A DNA stretch of 63,487 nucleotides, the filler included, from Stramenopiles sp. TOSAG23-2 (lineage: Eukaryota), in the NCBI GenBank assembly GCA_900128395.1. It is 20 parts of 20 records of this genome, joined end to end, with 100 filler letters (N's around TTAATTAATTAA, not from the genome) between each part and the next. Parts side by side here need not be neighbours in the genome. Positions count along the whole stretch, not along the records: positions 30,728 to 34,033 come from LT651272.1; positions 34,134 to 37,437 come from LT651273.1; positions 37,538 to 40,841 come from LT651274.1; positions 40,942 to 44,235 come from LT651275.1; 16 more parts are not named here. One strand, 5' to 3'. Each line of letters begins with the position of its first letter. Positions within the stretch are counted from its first letter, which is position 1. The position numbers and the translations under genes are program-made. Positions 31,201 to 42,710 of the stretch are shown piece by piece. Under the pieces are notes generated by a model. It worked only from the letters and a program-made list of their open reading frames with translations, was not told where the DNA came from and ran no database searches.

Positions 31201-33633
31201 TTATTGACTCATCTCCCAGCTATCATCCCCAAACGATGATGCATCTAATAGATCCAAAGTTTCTTCAACGTCTTTATCTCCACTATTTCTATTATTACTA
31301 TTTCCTAATTTGATTTCTCCAGATTCTATACCTTCCCTAGATCGCATTCCATCCAAAAATTTACTTTTCGTAATTGAAACAACACCACCATTATCTGTTC
31401 GAATCTCCTTTGAGGCACCCATTTTCTCTAACAATATTTCGACTTGTTCATCAGTAATATCACTCCATTTTAACTTTCCCGTCAAGGTTGAGGTCAATAA
31501 ATCTTTTAAATTCTCAGAACTGATCATCCCCTCGCCTTCGTCCCATTTTTTAAATGCTTTTTCATATTTTTTAATATCTCCTTTCTTTAGTTCCGGCATT
31601 GCAGCAGCTAATGCTCTTCGTTCTTGCTTTGCAATGTCATCTTTTTCCTTCCTTTTCGCAATTTCACTTTTGCTTTTATATGAATCTGTACTTGGTAGTA
31701 GATCTTCCACACCATCTTCAAAACTAAAATCATCGTCACCATAACTTTCATCATCATCCATTGCAAATTTTGCAGCTTCAGCTTTTTCCTTTGCAAATCG
31801 CTCTTCTTCCTCTTCCTTTCTACGCCTTTCCAAACGCTGTTGCAATAAATTAGCAATTTCATCCTCTTTACTATTATCTTTGCCATCGTTATCATCCTCC
31901 TCGTCATCAGGGACTTCTGCAACTAAATTTTTTAAAGTTGATGATTTTTTTGGCGAAGGGGTTTTTCCACCACCAGAATTATCCTCCATAGTTGGAATGG
32001 ATTCAAAACTATCACCATATTCATCGTCGTCATCATCATCAAAATTGACACTTGTTGGCTTTTTCTTGCTATTCTTTGGACTATTTTTCTTGCCTTCATC
32101 TGCTTCTTCTTCACTTATTTTCCTTAATTCCTCCTGTCGTTTCTTCTTCTTCCGCTCTGCTTCTTCGCGTTCTTTTCTTTTTTTCTCCTTTATCTCCTCA
32201 AGTCTTTTTTGTTGCTCCCTTCGCTTTCGATCTACCTCTGCTTGCTCTTCATCATGTTTACGTTGTAATTCTTGTTGCCTAGCTCTTTCTTCTTCGTCAT
32301 GTTTTTTTTTCATCTCTTTTAACCGTGCTTGTTCCTCTTCCCTTAACTTTCTTTCCCTTTCTTCATGTTTTGCACGTTCTTCCTCTTGTATTTTTTGTTC
32401 CCTTGCCCTGTGTTTTGCACGTTCTTCCTCTTGTATTTTCTGTTCCCTTGCTCTATGTTTAGCATGTTCTTCCTTCTTATGTTTCTTTTGAAGTTCTTTT
32501 TTCCGCTTAAATTCTTCCTTATCATGCTTCCTTTTCAATTCTGCCAATCGCTCCTCTTCCGCTGCAATTAATTGTTTTTCCCGTTCCAAATGCATGGCTT
32601 GTTCTTCCTCTCGTATTCTTCTTTGCCTTTCAAACTCTTCCTCCTCATGCTGTTTTTTCATCTGTAGCAAATGTTCTTGTTGCGTTTCCATCATCTTTCG
32701 TGCTTCTTCTTTTGCTTTTCTATTTAACTCTTGTGTCATCGTTACTTTCTCACGCTCTTTTTCCATTTTCCATTGTCTCCGTTCTGCATCGATTTCACGT
32801 CGTTGGTACTCCACTTCTTCCCTTAATCGTTGGGCTTCTTGTTCCGCTTTTTGCACTTCTTCATTCATTTTCCTAGCCTCAACGCCTTTCAGTACAGCTT
32901 CATCTAAATTAGCTGGATCAACGCCGGCTAGATGTGGACTGATCGCACCTAATACGGCGCTATGGGATTTGATGACTTTCTTCGTTCGTTTTAATTCGCG
33001 ATTTAAATGACGCTTTTCATCCCGTTGCATTTTTAAACGTGCTTTAACATTTTCCAATTTTTTCAATGCTTTTTCCTTTCGTATATCAACTTGATTTGCA
33101 CCTTCCCTCAAAACTTGTTGTGTATGTAATAAATATTGGACGGCATATTGGGACATATGAAACGCCTTCATCATAGCAGGTGGTGCATCGACATAATCCC
33201 CCATATCACCATATGTTACATCATCCAGATGACTCAATATCCCATGTATGTCGCCACGTCGTTTCAAGGTCTGTACGTCAGCCTCTGCTAATTTACGCCA
33301 CTTCACACGTCGATATGGTCGAACAAACTCAAAACTTCCAGCGTTTGATGTTATCGTATTTGTCGTGACAACATTTGTATATGTCCCAGCAGATTTTTTA
33401 CCCCTGTTGCTAGATTTTGAACTATCAATTGCTTTTTTGTTTCTTCTCCTTCGACGTGTAGATTTACTACTACTACTTTTATTTTCAATTATTTTTGTTT
33501 GAGCCTCAATTGGTATTGTTTTTTTAATATTAATATTTTTACTACCATCTTTTATCCTTTGTGACTCATATGTACCAGAAGTACCATCTCTATCATGATC
33601 ACTATCCGTATCGATGTAATCTAATACATCCAT
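31201..33633 (-). CDS. DZIP1/Iguana-like basal-body protein (Dzip N-terminal domain, long charged coiled coil, degenerate C-terminal EF-hand pair)
   Basis: FEFVRPYRRVKWRKLAEADV..GDIHGILSHLDDVTYGD..MKAFHMSQYAVQYLLHTQ matches the Dzip-like N domain. AFKKWDEGEGMISSENL is EF-hand-like. Confidence 0.75.
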   Translation of the reverse strand: MDVLDYIDTDSDHDRDGTSGTYESQRIKDGSKNINIKKTIPIEAQTKIIENKSSSSKSTRRRRRNKKAIDSSKSSNRGKKSAGTYTNVVTTNTITSNAGSFEFVRPYRRVKWRKLAEADVQTLKRRGDIHGILSHLDDVTYGDMGDYVDAPPAMMKAFHMSQYAVQYLLHTQQVLREGANQVDIRKEKALKKLENVKARLKMQRDEKRHLNRELKRTKKVIKSHSAVLGAISPHLAGVDPANLDEAVLKGVEARKMNEEVQKAEQEAQRLREEVEYQRREIDAERRQWKMEKEREKVTMTQELNRKAKEEARKMMETQQEHLLQMKKQHEEEEFERQRRIREEEQAMHLEREKQLIAAEEERLAELKRKHDKEEFKRKKELQKKHKKEEHAKHRAREQKIQEEERAKHRAREQKIQEEERAKHEERERKLREEEQARLKEMKKKHDEEERARQQELQRKHDEEQAEVDRKRREQQKRLEEIKEKKRKEREEAERKKKKRQEELRKISEEEADEGKKNSPKNSKKKPTSVNFDDDDDDEYGDSFESIPTMEDNSGGGKTPSPKKSSTLKNLVAEVPDDEEDDNDGKDNSKEDEIANLLQQRLERRRKEEEEERFAKEKAEAAKFAMDDDESYGDDDFSFEDGVEDLLPSTDSYKSKSEIAKRKEKDDIAKQERRALAAAMPELKKGDIKKYEKAFKKWDEGEGMISSENLKDLLTSTLTGKLKWSDITDEQVEILLEKMGASKEIRTDNGGVVSITKSKFLDGMRSREGIESGEIKLGNSNNRNSGDKDVEETLDLLDASSFGDDSWEMSQ

Positions 33634-33867
33634 AATTTTGCTTACCCTTTTTTTTTGTTTCTTTTAACTTTTTCCCCAGTATCCTTTACAATCAATTATA
33701 TGAATATATATATATATATATATACGTTCACCCTTTCCTGTTTTTCAATTTCATAAAATGTATTATTACTCTTCTATTATTTCAATTTATTAAAAATATT
33801 TATTTCAATTTTCGTATAATATTCTTTTTATTATTTTCAAACGACGACGGCGACTTTTTTTTAACTG

Positions 33868-33966
33868 CTGCTTTCCTGGCTTTCCTGGCTTTCCAGCTTT
33901 CCGATCAGCAGTTCCAGCTTTCCAGCTTAGGCTTTCCTGGCTTTCCAGGGCTTTCCATCAGCTTTC
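33868..33966. repeat. Tandem GCTTTCC(T/A)G motif cluster upstream of the DZIP1-like gene
   Basis: About nine copies of GCTTTCC in ~100 bp. Confidence 0.75.
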
Positions 33967-34289
33967 GTTCAACCTCTCCTCAAAATAGTGGGGTTCCAAT
34001 AAATAAGTATAGATTTAGTATATACTAAAGATANNNNNNNNNNNNNNNNNNNNNNNNNNNNNNNNNNNNNNNNNNNNTTAATTAATTAANNNNNNNNNNN
34101 NNNNNNNNNNNNNNNNNNNNNNNNNNNNNNNNNTCTTGGAACTATTTATTATAAAATATATGATGATTAGATACATCTCACTGGCAGATACAAACATAAA
34201 AACAAAGTCATACAATACCTCTATATCGTTTAAAATTATCATAAACGCATTTGTTACTTGGCAACTATTGTTACCAATAAAATAAAGAG

Positions 34290-37200
34290 ATGAATACATG
34301 TAACCTTTTGCTGGCATTCCTTCTTCAAGCGCTATTTGTCCCATCAAATACAACAGGTTGCCCTGGTAATAATGCCATTTATTATGAAACTGATGATAAT
34401 GCAACTTGCACTTGTGGTGGAAAGTTATGTGGTGTAGGCCAATATTGTGACTCAAGTACTACGATTTGTACGACTGGCGATTGTACATATTGCTCTGCTT
34501 GTGTCAATGATGCCGATACATGTCACACGACATGCGAAGCAAAAAATCAACAAATTGCTAACACAGATGCTTACATGAAAGGAAAGGGCGGTGAAAACAT
34601 TTTTTATTTTAGAATTTTAGCACCATTTATAATAATAGTCCCGGGTATAATTTGTTATCTTATAGTCGTATTAAAATGCTGTAAGGGAAATAGTAAAAAT
34701 AGAATGATCGACGATGATGAAGTAGAATCAAATAAACATGTTCTCCAAGAAATAGAACTATGCGTAGTCAACCAAGATTCATTCCCTATTAACTATTGTA
34801 AAAGATACATCTTGCAGGTACAGGATGATACAGAATTACCTTCAATTAAAAAGTATTTTAAATACAATACTTTTCAACATGTAAATTATATAATAAAAGA
34901 CCAATTGCAGTTAATCACAAAAGAAACAAAAGAGGCGGTGCATGATTCTAGTAATATCAAAGTAGTAGATACAACAAATTTAGCGATTGGAGATGAAGTA
35001 ATTGTGGGAAAAAGCATTCAAAGCGAAAGAAAAGTGTTTATTTTGAAAAAAACTGAAAACAACATAATTATTGGCGACGAACTGGGAAAACCAATTAGCG
35101 TAACACTAGAAAAAGGGGATATACTAACGATTAAAAACAAAATTGTAAAACACGGCAATATACTTTTTGGAGAAGTATATAACAACGATGGAAAAATTTT
35201 GTATCCCAAAGAAGAAGTGTTGAGTAAGAAAGATATTAAGGAAGACCGACTGGATAACGACATTTTAGATACGTTTGTTCAAGAAAGAGGAAAAGAGGAA
35301 GTTAATGCTGATGGTAAAAAGATTCTACAGAAGGTCCACTACATGAAGGTAATGTTACTACTTCCAGGTTTACAATACAATAACTTACATAAAAAAGTAG
35401 AAGATCCATACCGCGAGGATGATTCTGCTATATGGGCAATACCAGAGCAATATATGGAATACGGTACGAAAAAATCAAAATCTTATATTGTAAAACCAAA
35501 AGGTTCAAACAAATTCGAGATTACTGTATTATTTTTTGCAATGTTTGCTGTATCATGTGGAGTAATAATAGAATTGCAAGTACAAAATAGTGGTGGCATC
35601 CCGCTATTTTTAGGTATTGGTGTTGGATTAGCTCTATTTGCACTACAAGCGACTTTGGCATTATTTTATGAAATAAATGAAAAAAAGTTAAAGTATAAGC
35701 CAAAGAAGGAAAAATTTAAAGAAAAGAAAGTTAATTATGGACCAATGGAAAAAATTATGCGATACGTTTTCACATTTGTAGGCTGTTTAATACTAATATC
35801 TTTGGCATACCAACCATTCTCTAATCCTAACATTGTGATCATTGAAAATCCGAATAGGATAAAAATACACGCGCCTTTGTGTACATTATCAATCCAACCA
35901 TCAACTGACTTAGCCAGAGAATTTAGTTTGCAAAATGTTGCCTTTGAGGACAAAATAGTACTAAAGTTAGATTCTCCAACGACAGATCCATTTCAATCAA
36001 ACAGATACTACTTTGAAAGTAATCATAAAGATGAGACATATACCGTAAAACGAAGTATCGTTGTAACCCGTAATGATAATACAAATGCTGTGGATGCCTT
36101 GCAAATAAGTGAAGAACTGGAGAAAAATATAAGTAAAACTCAATCGAATAGCCAAAATATTTTGAACCAGACTATAAGAAGTAGATCATGCTTTTTAACA
36201 CTTTATATACCGCATAATTTTCATGTGCCTCTCTCAATCATCCAAGAAAATATCGTTCTAGGTGTGAATGGGGTCAGCCTTGATACTTTAACGCTGCAAG
36301 CAACAGATGTATTGTCAATTGTTGATATTAGTAATTCTAAAATAAATCATTTGCATGTTACTAGCCCCACATTAGAAATGCATATACGTAACAGTACAAT
36401 TGTTCAAAGTGCCAATATTGAAGCAAATGAATTAAATGGTTTTGCGGAACTGCTTTTGCGTGGTAAAGCAACGATTTTGGAGTTACTCAAAAACAATGTG
36501 AAGGACGATTTGATTTGCCTTAAAGCCAGCACAATTATCTCTTCACAAACAGGGAGTAGTAACAACAACAACAAAACTTTTATATCGCCTTCACTTCATG
36601 CTTATACGCAAGATTTACAACCTGAAGAAAAAGTTTTATTTTCTATTTATGATGCCCAAGAAGGATATTTTGTGATAGATACTACGGAGGACCAATGCTC
36701 CAATATACCTAGTTACAATATGAATAGCGATATTGTTGACCCTAAATTGAATTCAGAGGATTCTGAAAGAATTATTTTCCAGACTAAAAGAAACGATATT
36801 GTAATGTTTCAAATTGGAAGTTATGGGGTATCACCGGGAACCTGGGTGTTTGCCACTAGTCAAGCATATTTACTATTCAGCACATCATATTTATCAACAA
36901 TTTCATTAGGAATGTTAGCACCTATACAATCAAATGTTTATGCGCGTACAAATCCATTATCCTCATGTGGCAATCAGCTAAAATGGACAAGTGATACAGA
37001 TGAACTAATTCAAACCGCAAGGATCGTAAACCCGATATTTAAAATGGCAAGTAGTCCAGATAGGCCAATATCCATCAATTTTTTCAATCAAAAAGATGGT
37101 GTAATTTATGATATGAACGAAGAAAAGGTAGAACAAAGGCGTTGGTCAAATGATACGTTGATAGTATTATGCCTTTCCCTTGCTCTAGCTTTAATGTTTT

Positions 37201-37437
37201 GTACTTTAATGATTTGGTTGTATACAACAGTTGGTTTAGCTGAATATCGACTTCGAAAAAACAAAGTCAGCATGACAGTTGCATCAAATTTAGTGCATAG
37301 TCATTCCGCAACAGATTCAGCTTCAACAATGCTGAGACTAGCTACAGGATATTCAATTGCAAATACACTAAATTTTTATGATTACATATTTCTTGAATTA
37401 CAATTTGACCGGATAGCGGAAAAAGAGGAAAAACAAA
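34290..37437 (+). CDS. Large multi-pass membrane protein with signal peptide and Cys-rich N-terminal ectodomain, 3'-partial
   Basis: Open frame of >1,040 aa with a signal-like N-terminus, CTCGGKLCGVGQYCD..CTYCSAC, and about five hydrophobic TM segments. No family recognised. Confidence 0.75.
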
Positions 37438-37880
37438 NNNNNNNNNNNNNNNNNNNNNNNNNNNNNNNNNNNNNNNNNNNNTTAATTAATTAANNNNNNN
37501 NNNNNNNNNNNNNNNNNNNNNNNNNNNNNNNNNNNNNGTATACTAAATTAGTACTTAAATTAACTTCCATTTTGAAATGCACTAACAATCCTGATCATTT
37601 ACAAGGTATAATATACGAGAGTACATAATTCGAAAGCCGCCTCTCGTAGCACCAAAAAAATCCCACAGAACTCTGGGAACTCCTCGAACATTCATGATGT
37701 GATGTGCTGATGGTATATCCACCATAAATTTTATTATATATTATTTTTGGATACCTGTATGTGGATATACATATATGCAAAATGCAAGATGAAAAATATA
37801 TGAAAACATCTATATAAATAATACAATATATACATACAGATAGGAATGGAAAAAAGAAACATAAACACAAAATAAATACC

Positions 37881-39899
37881 ATGGATGATATAGAAGAAAC
37901 AGTCGTTGGAAATGCAAAATTAAAAAGAAGAAAAAAAAGAGCTAATACACCTGTGAATAATCGATTTAGAAAAAATGAAAAACAACAACAAAATAATAAT
38001 AATAGTAACAACAAATTTGGTATTAATCAAGTTGCAAATTTAGGACCACAATCAGAATCAACATATGTTGATCCTGGTATTGTGCCGATTATTGAACAAT
38101 TATCGACACGTGGATATGATAGTCGTCCAGAATTTAATAAAGTATTAAATGTAATTAAACGTCGACATAAATTTCAAGGACGTAATAGTGATTTATTACG
38201 TGTATATAAATTAATGGTTGCGAAAAAAATGTTAAAACCACATGTACAATTGCCTGTATTATTGCGTACAAAACTTGGAAAATCAGCAAGTGGGATATTA
38301 TCTATCACTGTATTCACGAGTCCACGACCAACATATACAGATGAAAATGGAAATATTAAAACTCAAAAATTTACATGTAAATGGAATTGTTATTATTGCC
38401 CAAATCATCCAAATCATGCAAGATCATATTTACCAGATGAACCAGGATGTTTAAGGGCTGAACGTTTAGATTTCATTGCTGTGGATCAAGTAGTAGAACG
38501 AGTAGAAACGCTACGTCGAATTGGTCATCCTGTAGATAAATTAGAAGTATTAGTATTAGGTGGTACGTGGGAATCATATCCAGAGGAATATCGAGAATGT
38601 TTCATACGTGATTTATTTTATGCTGCAAATACATTTTTTGATGATTTACCAAAACGTGAAAAATATAGTTTACCAAAAGAACAATTAATTAATGAAAGTA
38701 CAAAGGTGAAAATTATTGGTTTAACATTAGAGACACGACCAGATACGATTAACCCAGATTCGATTCGAACATTGCGTTATTATGGTTGCACAAGGTTGCA
38801 ATTAGGGATACAACACACAAATGATGATATTTTAAATTTAGTCAATCGTGCACATGGAAAAAAAGAAGCAGAAATTGCATTGCAATTATTGAAAGATAAT
38901 TGTTACAAAGTTGATATACATTTAATGCCTGATTTGCCGGGTGCTACTCCGGAGATTGATCGCGAGATGTTTCATAATTTATTAGGTGTACATGCTGTAC
39001 ATACGCCAAGGGAAAGAGAATATCATTATGATCTAGTTGATGAATGGATGCAAGCTGATCAATGGAAAATATATCCATGCGAAGTGACACCATGGACCGT
39101 CATTGAAAAATGGTATAAAGAAGGAAAATACAAACCATATGCAGAGAATGGTGATATATTGGAAGAATTATTAATGTGGACCAAAGCAAGAGTATTTCCA
39201 TGGATACGATTAAATAGAGTAATACGTGATATACCAAATCAACATATATTAGGTGGAAATGCAAATACAAATATGAGGCAACAATTACAAATTGAAATGA
39301 AAAAAAGAGGAATGAGATGTATGTGTATACGTTGTAGAGAAGTTGGATTAAATAGTTTTAGCAATAAAAAATCAAAAGGTGCTGCATTGATTGTACGTAA
39401 ATATAATGGTAATGGTGGTGTTGAATATTTCATCTCATTTGAAAGCGATGATGAAAGATTAATATATGGCTTTGCACGTTTGCGTATTTCAGAGAATGCG
39501 GGTAAAAATGTATTTCCAGAATTGATCGGCGCAGCATTAATTCGTGAATTGCATGTATATGGTCAATTAATACCAACATATGTAAAAGAAAAAGATGAAG
39601 AGGAGGAAAAGCATGGTGGGCGTAAAGATGCACAACATGTTGGTTTTGGACGTAAATTAATGCGTCGTGCAGAAAAAATTGCAATGGAACATGGGAAAAA
39701 GAAAATTGCTGTTATTGCTGGTATAGGTACAAGAAATTATTATAGGAAATTAGGATATAAATTAGATATAACTGGTAAAGGTGGTTTTTTAATTAAACGT
39801 TTATACTCATGGAATGAAATGATGTTTCACATACTTTCTGCAATTGGTTTTGTAATTTTATTTGTTGCAATTTATATGAAAATGGGTGAAAAAATATAA
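37881..39899 (+). CDS. ELP3: ELP3-family radical SAM / GNAT tRNA-modifying enzyme with C-terminal transmembrane tail
   Basis: CKWNCYYCP, LGGTW, GLTLETRPD, GCTRLQLGIQH, HLMPDLPG, KIYPC, RVIRDIP, CIRCREV, RELHVYG, QHVGFG, IAVIAGIGTRNYYRKLGY. Tail MMFHILSAIGFVILFVAIYMK. Confidence 0.93.
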   Translation: MDDIEETVVGNAKLKRRKKRANTPVNNRFRKNEKQQQNNNNSNNKFGINQVANLGPQSESTYVDPGIVPIIEQLSTRGYDSRPEFNKVLNVIKRRHKFQGRNSDLLRVYKLMVAKKMLKPHVQLPVLLRTKLGKSASGILSITVFTSPRPTYTDENGNIKTQKFTCKWNCYYCPNHPNHARSYLPDEPGCLRAERLDFIAVDQVVERVETLRRIGHPVDKLEVLVLGGTWESYPEEYRECFIRDLFYAANTFFDDLPKREKYSLPKEQLINESTKVKIIGLTLETRPDTINPDSIRTLRYYGCTRLQLGIQHTNDDILNLVNRAHGKKEAEIALQLLKDNCYKVDIHLMPDLPGATPEIDREMFHNLLGVHAVHTPREREYHYDLVDEWMQADQWKIYPCEVTPWTVIEKWYKEGKYKPYAENGDILEELLMWTKARVFPWIRLNRVIRDIPNQHILGGNANTNMRQQLQIEMKKRGMRCMCIRCREVGLNSFSNKKSKGAALIVRKYNGNGGVEYFISFESDDERLIYGFARLRISENAGKNVFPELIGAALIRELHVYGQLIPTYVKEKDEEEEKHGGRKDAQHVGFGRKLMRRAEKIAMEHGKKKIAVIAGIGTRNYYRKLGYKLDITGKGGFLIKRLYSWNEMMFHILSAIGFVILFVAIYMKMGEKI

Positions 39900-40248
39900 T
39901 TTTTCGAGAGAGATCTTGCACATGCATCTGCACATCTGGGAGATGTATATATAGTGCTACTATCATATGATGATATATTAATATACCTAAAAAATACCTT
40001 CTATATTTTTTAGTACACTCTCTCTGTACAGTATACGAGTACATTTTTTTTTAATTCGTAATATATGATATATCCTACGTGCATAGCGATATACATATGT
40101 CAACACTGTGGCCTAAATATTGAAATATACTATACGTGGTACGAAGCTTCGTACAAAATACTTTACACAAATAAAGATATAATATATTTATAAAATATTA
40201 ATATGCTTTCTCTCCTGATCTTGCCAGCTTGTATTCATTTTAATATTA

Positions 40249-40518
40249 TTAAAAAAATCCTGACTTTTCAGCTTCAACCGAAAATTCCCCATTTCCATTA
40301 TCAGTTACATTAAATGTTTTCATTTCACATAAGTCACCAGAACATAAGACTAATTTTAATTTTTTACCACCTTGATCATTATCAGAAATATTTTGTATGT
40401 TTGTTAAGTGATAATTGATCCCTTTTTCGTTATTATAATATTTTACGGCAGCAATTACAAATGGTTTATCAGTATCTGAAACTTCTACGCCATCATCAAT
40501 GATTTTTTCTTCTGACAT
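40249..40518 (-). CDS. Small hypothetical protein (89 aa)
   Basis: Complete ATG-to-stop ORF with coding-like composition between AT-rich flanks. The pattern suggests one helix followed by beta strands. Confidence 0.6.
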   Translation of the reverse strand: MSEEKIIDDGVEVSDTDKPFVIAAVKYYNNEKGINYHLTNIQNISDNDQGGKKLKLVLCSGDLCEMKTFNVTDNGNGEFSVEAEKSGFF

Positions 40519-40977
40519 CTTACTTTACTATTATTATTATTATTATTACTAATATCTTATGCAATCAATAAATTTTGCAAAATTACTGGCGTTATTGTTA
40601 TTTGTTCTATATTGACAGTATTACTGTAAATTTACTCCAATATCATTTTTCATTTTATTTTTTTTTTATATATACGTATAAAAAATGTGCATATGCCCGG
40701 CATGCCCGGCATTAGCATGTGCTAATAATAATATTAAAAAAGGCGGATTACCTCCTTTCAGTTAAAATCTGTGGTATTCCAGTGTACATAAGCCTATGAA
40801 CCTGCTAGATCAAAAAATCTGTAAAAACTTTTTCCCCAACCNNNNNNNNNNNNNNNNNNNNNNNNNNNNNNNNNNNNNNNNNNNNTTAATTAATTAANNN
40901 NNNNNNNNNNNNNNNNNNNNNNNNNNNNNNNNNNNNNNNNNCTTCTTTACTACTTTACTAATTACTAATACTACCAG

Positions 40978-41464
40978 ACTAGTGAATATCTCTTGGCTTC
41001 CAAATGATGAAATCCCATCAACTGTTTTACCAATGTTGCAATGTTTTTTCACAGATTTTTACCCAGTAATCATGGATGCAATGAAGACATTAAAAACATA
41101 TTTACATTCATCAGAACATACTATTGGAAATCGATTGCCTGAAAAAAGTTTTGGTCCAACACCTGGATTTGGTAATGCACAAATAGTGAAGGAACGTGGA
41201 ACGTTAACACATGATTTTACAATTGAAGGTCATAAAGGACGTCGTATGGTGATTCCATATACCATTTGGATGGCTCAAAGAATGCAAAATGATGTATTGA
41301 AGAAAATCAATTTAAAGCAAACAAATGTATTCAATTTATTAAATCAAATTGGTGGTACTGATTTACAAAATTTAGGAAAGCATTTAGATGGCATTTATAT
41401 TCGTAAAGAAGGTGGTTTATTGTATTCCTCTTCAAATGGAATAAATACCAATAGTAAATTGTAA
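40978..41464 (+). CDS. Terminal exon of a GST-like protein with peroxisomal PTS1 (-SKL), 5'-partial
   Basis: WLPNDEIPSTVLPML..FFTDFYP and PYTIWMAQR resemble the C-terminus of long bacterial-type GST-like proteins. CTAAT branch and CAG acceptor at 40975-40977. Ends NSKL-stop. Confidence 0.55.
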
Positions 41465-41746
41465 GAATTTCCTGGAAGTACATCATATATATGATGAATG
41501 ATGATGATGATGTTTAATTTTTTCGTTGTTTGGTCATGGAAACTCATTGTTCTTCGAGCTCTGTGAGTTCAATTTTTTAAATAAATATATAATAAAATAT
41601 TTACACTATATAAATATACACTTGTATGAAAATAAAAAAATATTTTGTGTCTGCGTTTACTAAAATTATATATTAATATATAACATAATATACAAAAACT
41701 ATCTGTTTATACATACTTACCACACATCAAATGTATATATATTGGT

Positions 41747-42538
41747 ATGATGGATACATTATTATTAATATGGCGTAATAGTTTAATTGTTTTAGCAATT
41801 TTTAACATTTCCACATTTTTATATATAATAACAACATTAACATCTATTAAAAATAATTTTGCTGTTATAGCAGGGATACCATATGTATTTCAAACAACAT
41901 GGCGATGTTTCTTTATCAGTGAATACGTAAACAGACAGACAATTTATTTTACAAAATGGAATTCACCATTAGTTGCAAGATTATTAGCATTTTTAGGAGA
42001 ATTTTGTTTTGGAATTCAACTTTCAATGACTTTTTGGAAACGTTGGAATGTTCATCCAGGTTTACCATCAATCTTATCACCTACATTTGTTTGCATATCC
42101 CTTGTATTATTGAATTTTACTGGGCAATTATGTGCAACGACTGGTATTGCATTGCGTGATAATTTCTTCTTTTTATTAGAAGGTATGTTATGGGCTGTGA
42201 TGTTTGTTTTGCAGATTTTATCAGCATTAGATCATATTGTTTTGCCATATTATTATCATTCAATTGATGAAAGTATTTATTTTTGGATGTTCTTATTGTT
42301 TGCATCGTTTTTTGCAATATTATATCAAACAATGCTTTATTGTCCGATGTGTTATTATGATTGGAAAGTTCAACGACATAATCGTTCTTTAAGTATACGT
42401 AATATATTTCTTGGTTTACAAGATGCACATAGTAAACAACGTGTTACACGAAGATGGAAAGATTGGAAAAATGAATGGATATGGCAATCTTTATATTTTT
42501 CATTTGGTACATGGGCATGTCTTTACATGATGATTTAA
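41747..42538 (+). CDS. Uncharacterised polytopic membrane protein (6-7 TM)
   Basis: Complete 263-aa ORF of alternating hydrophobic helices, with YVF..WR, ARLLAFLGEFCFGIQ and W..EW.WQSLYFS motifs. Confidence 0.75.
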   Translation: MMDTLLLIWRNSLIVLAIFNISTFLYIITTLTSIKNNFAVIAGIPYVFQTTWRCFFISEYVNRQTIYFTKWNSPLVARLLAFLGEFCFGIQLSMTFWKRWNVHPGLPSILSPTFVCISLVLLNFTGQLCATTGIALRDNFFFLLEGMLWAVMFVLQILSALDHIVLPYYYHSIDESIYFWMFLLFASFFAILYQTMLYCPMCYYDWKVQRHNRSLSIRNIFLGLQDAHSKQRVTRRWKDWKNEWIWQSLYFSFGTWACLYMMI

Positions 42539-42710
42539 TTTTGTGATTTTATTAAAAAATAAATAAAAGTGTGTTGCGTGTGTGTGTGTGTCCCTTTTGA
42601 AAAGTGTCATATAAAAATGTCCCGAGTGTCTCATTTTAATTATATTATATATAGCTTTGATATGTTTAATCTCTCTCTCTCTCTCTCTCTCTCTTTCCAA
42701 CATTTGTCTT

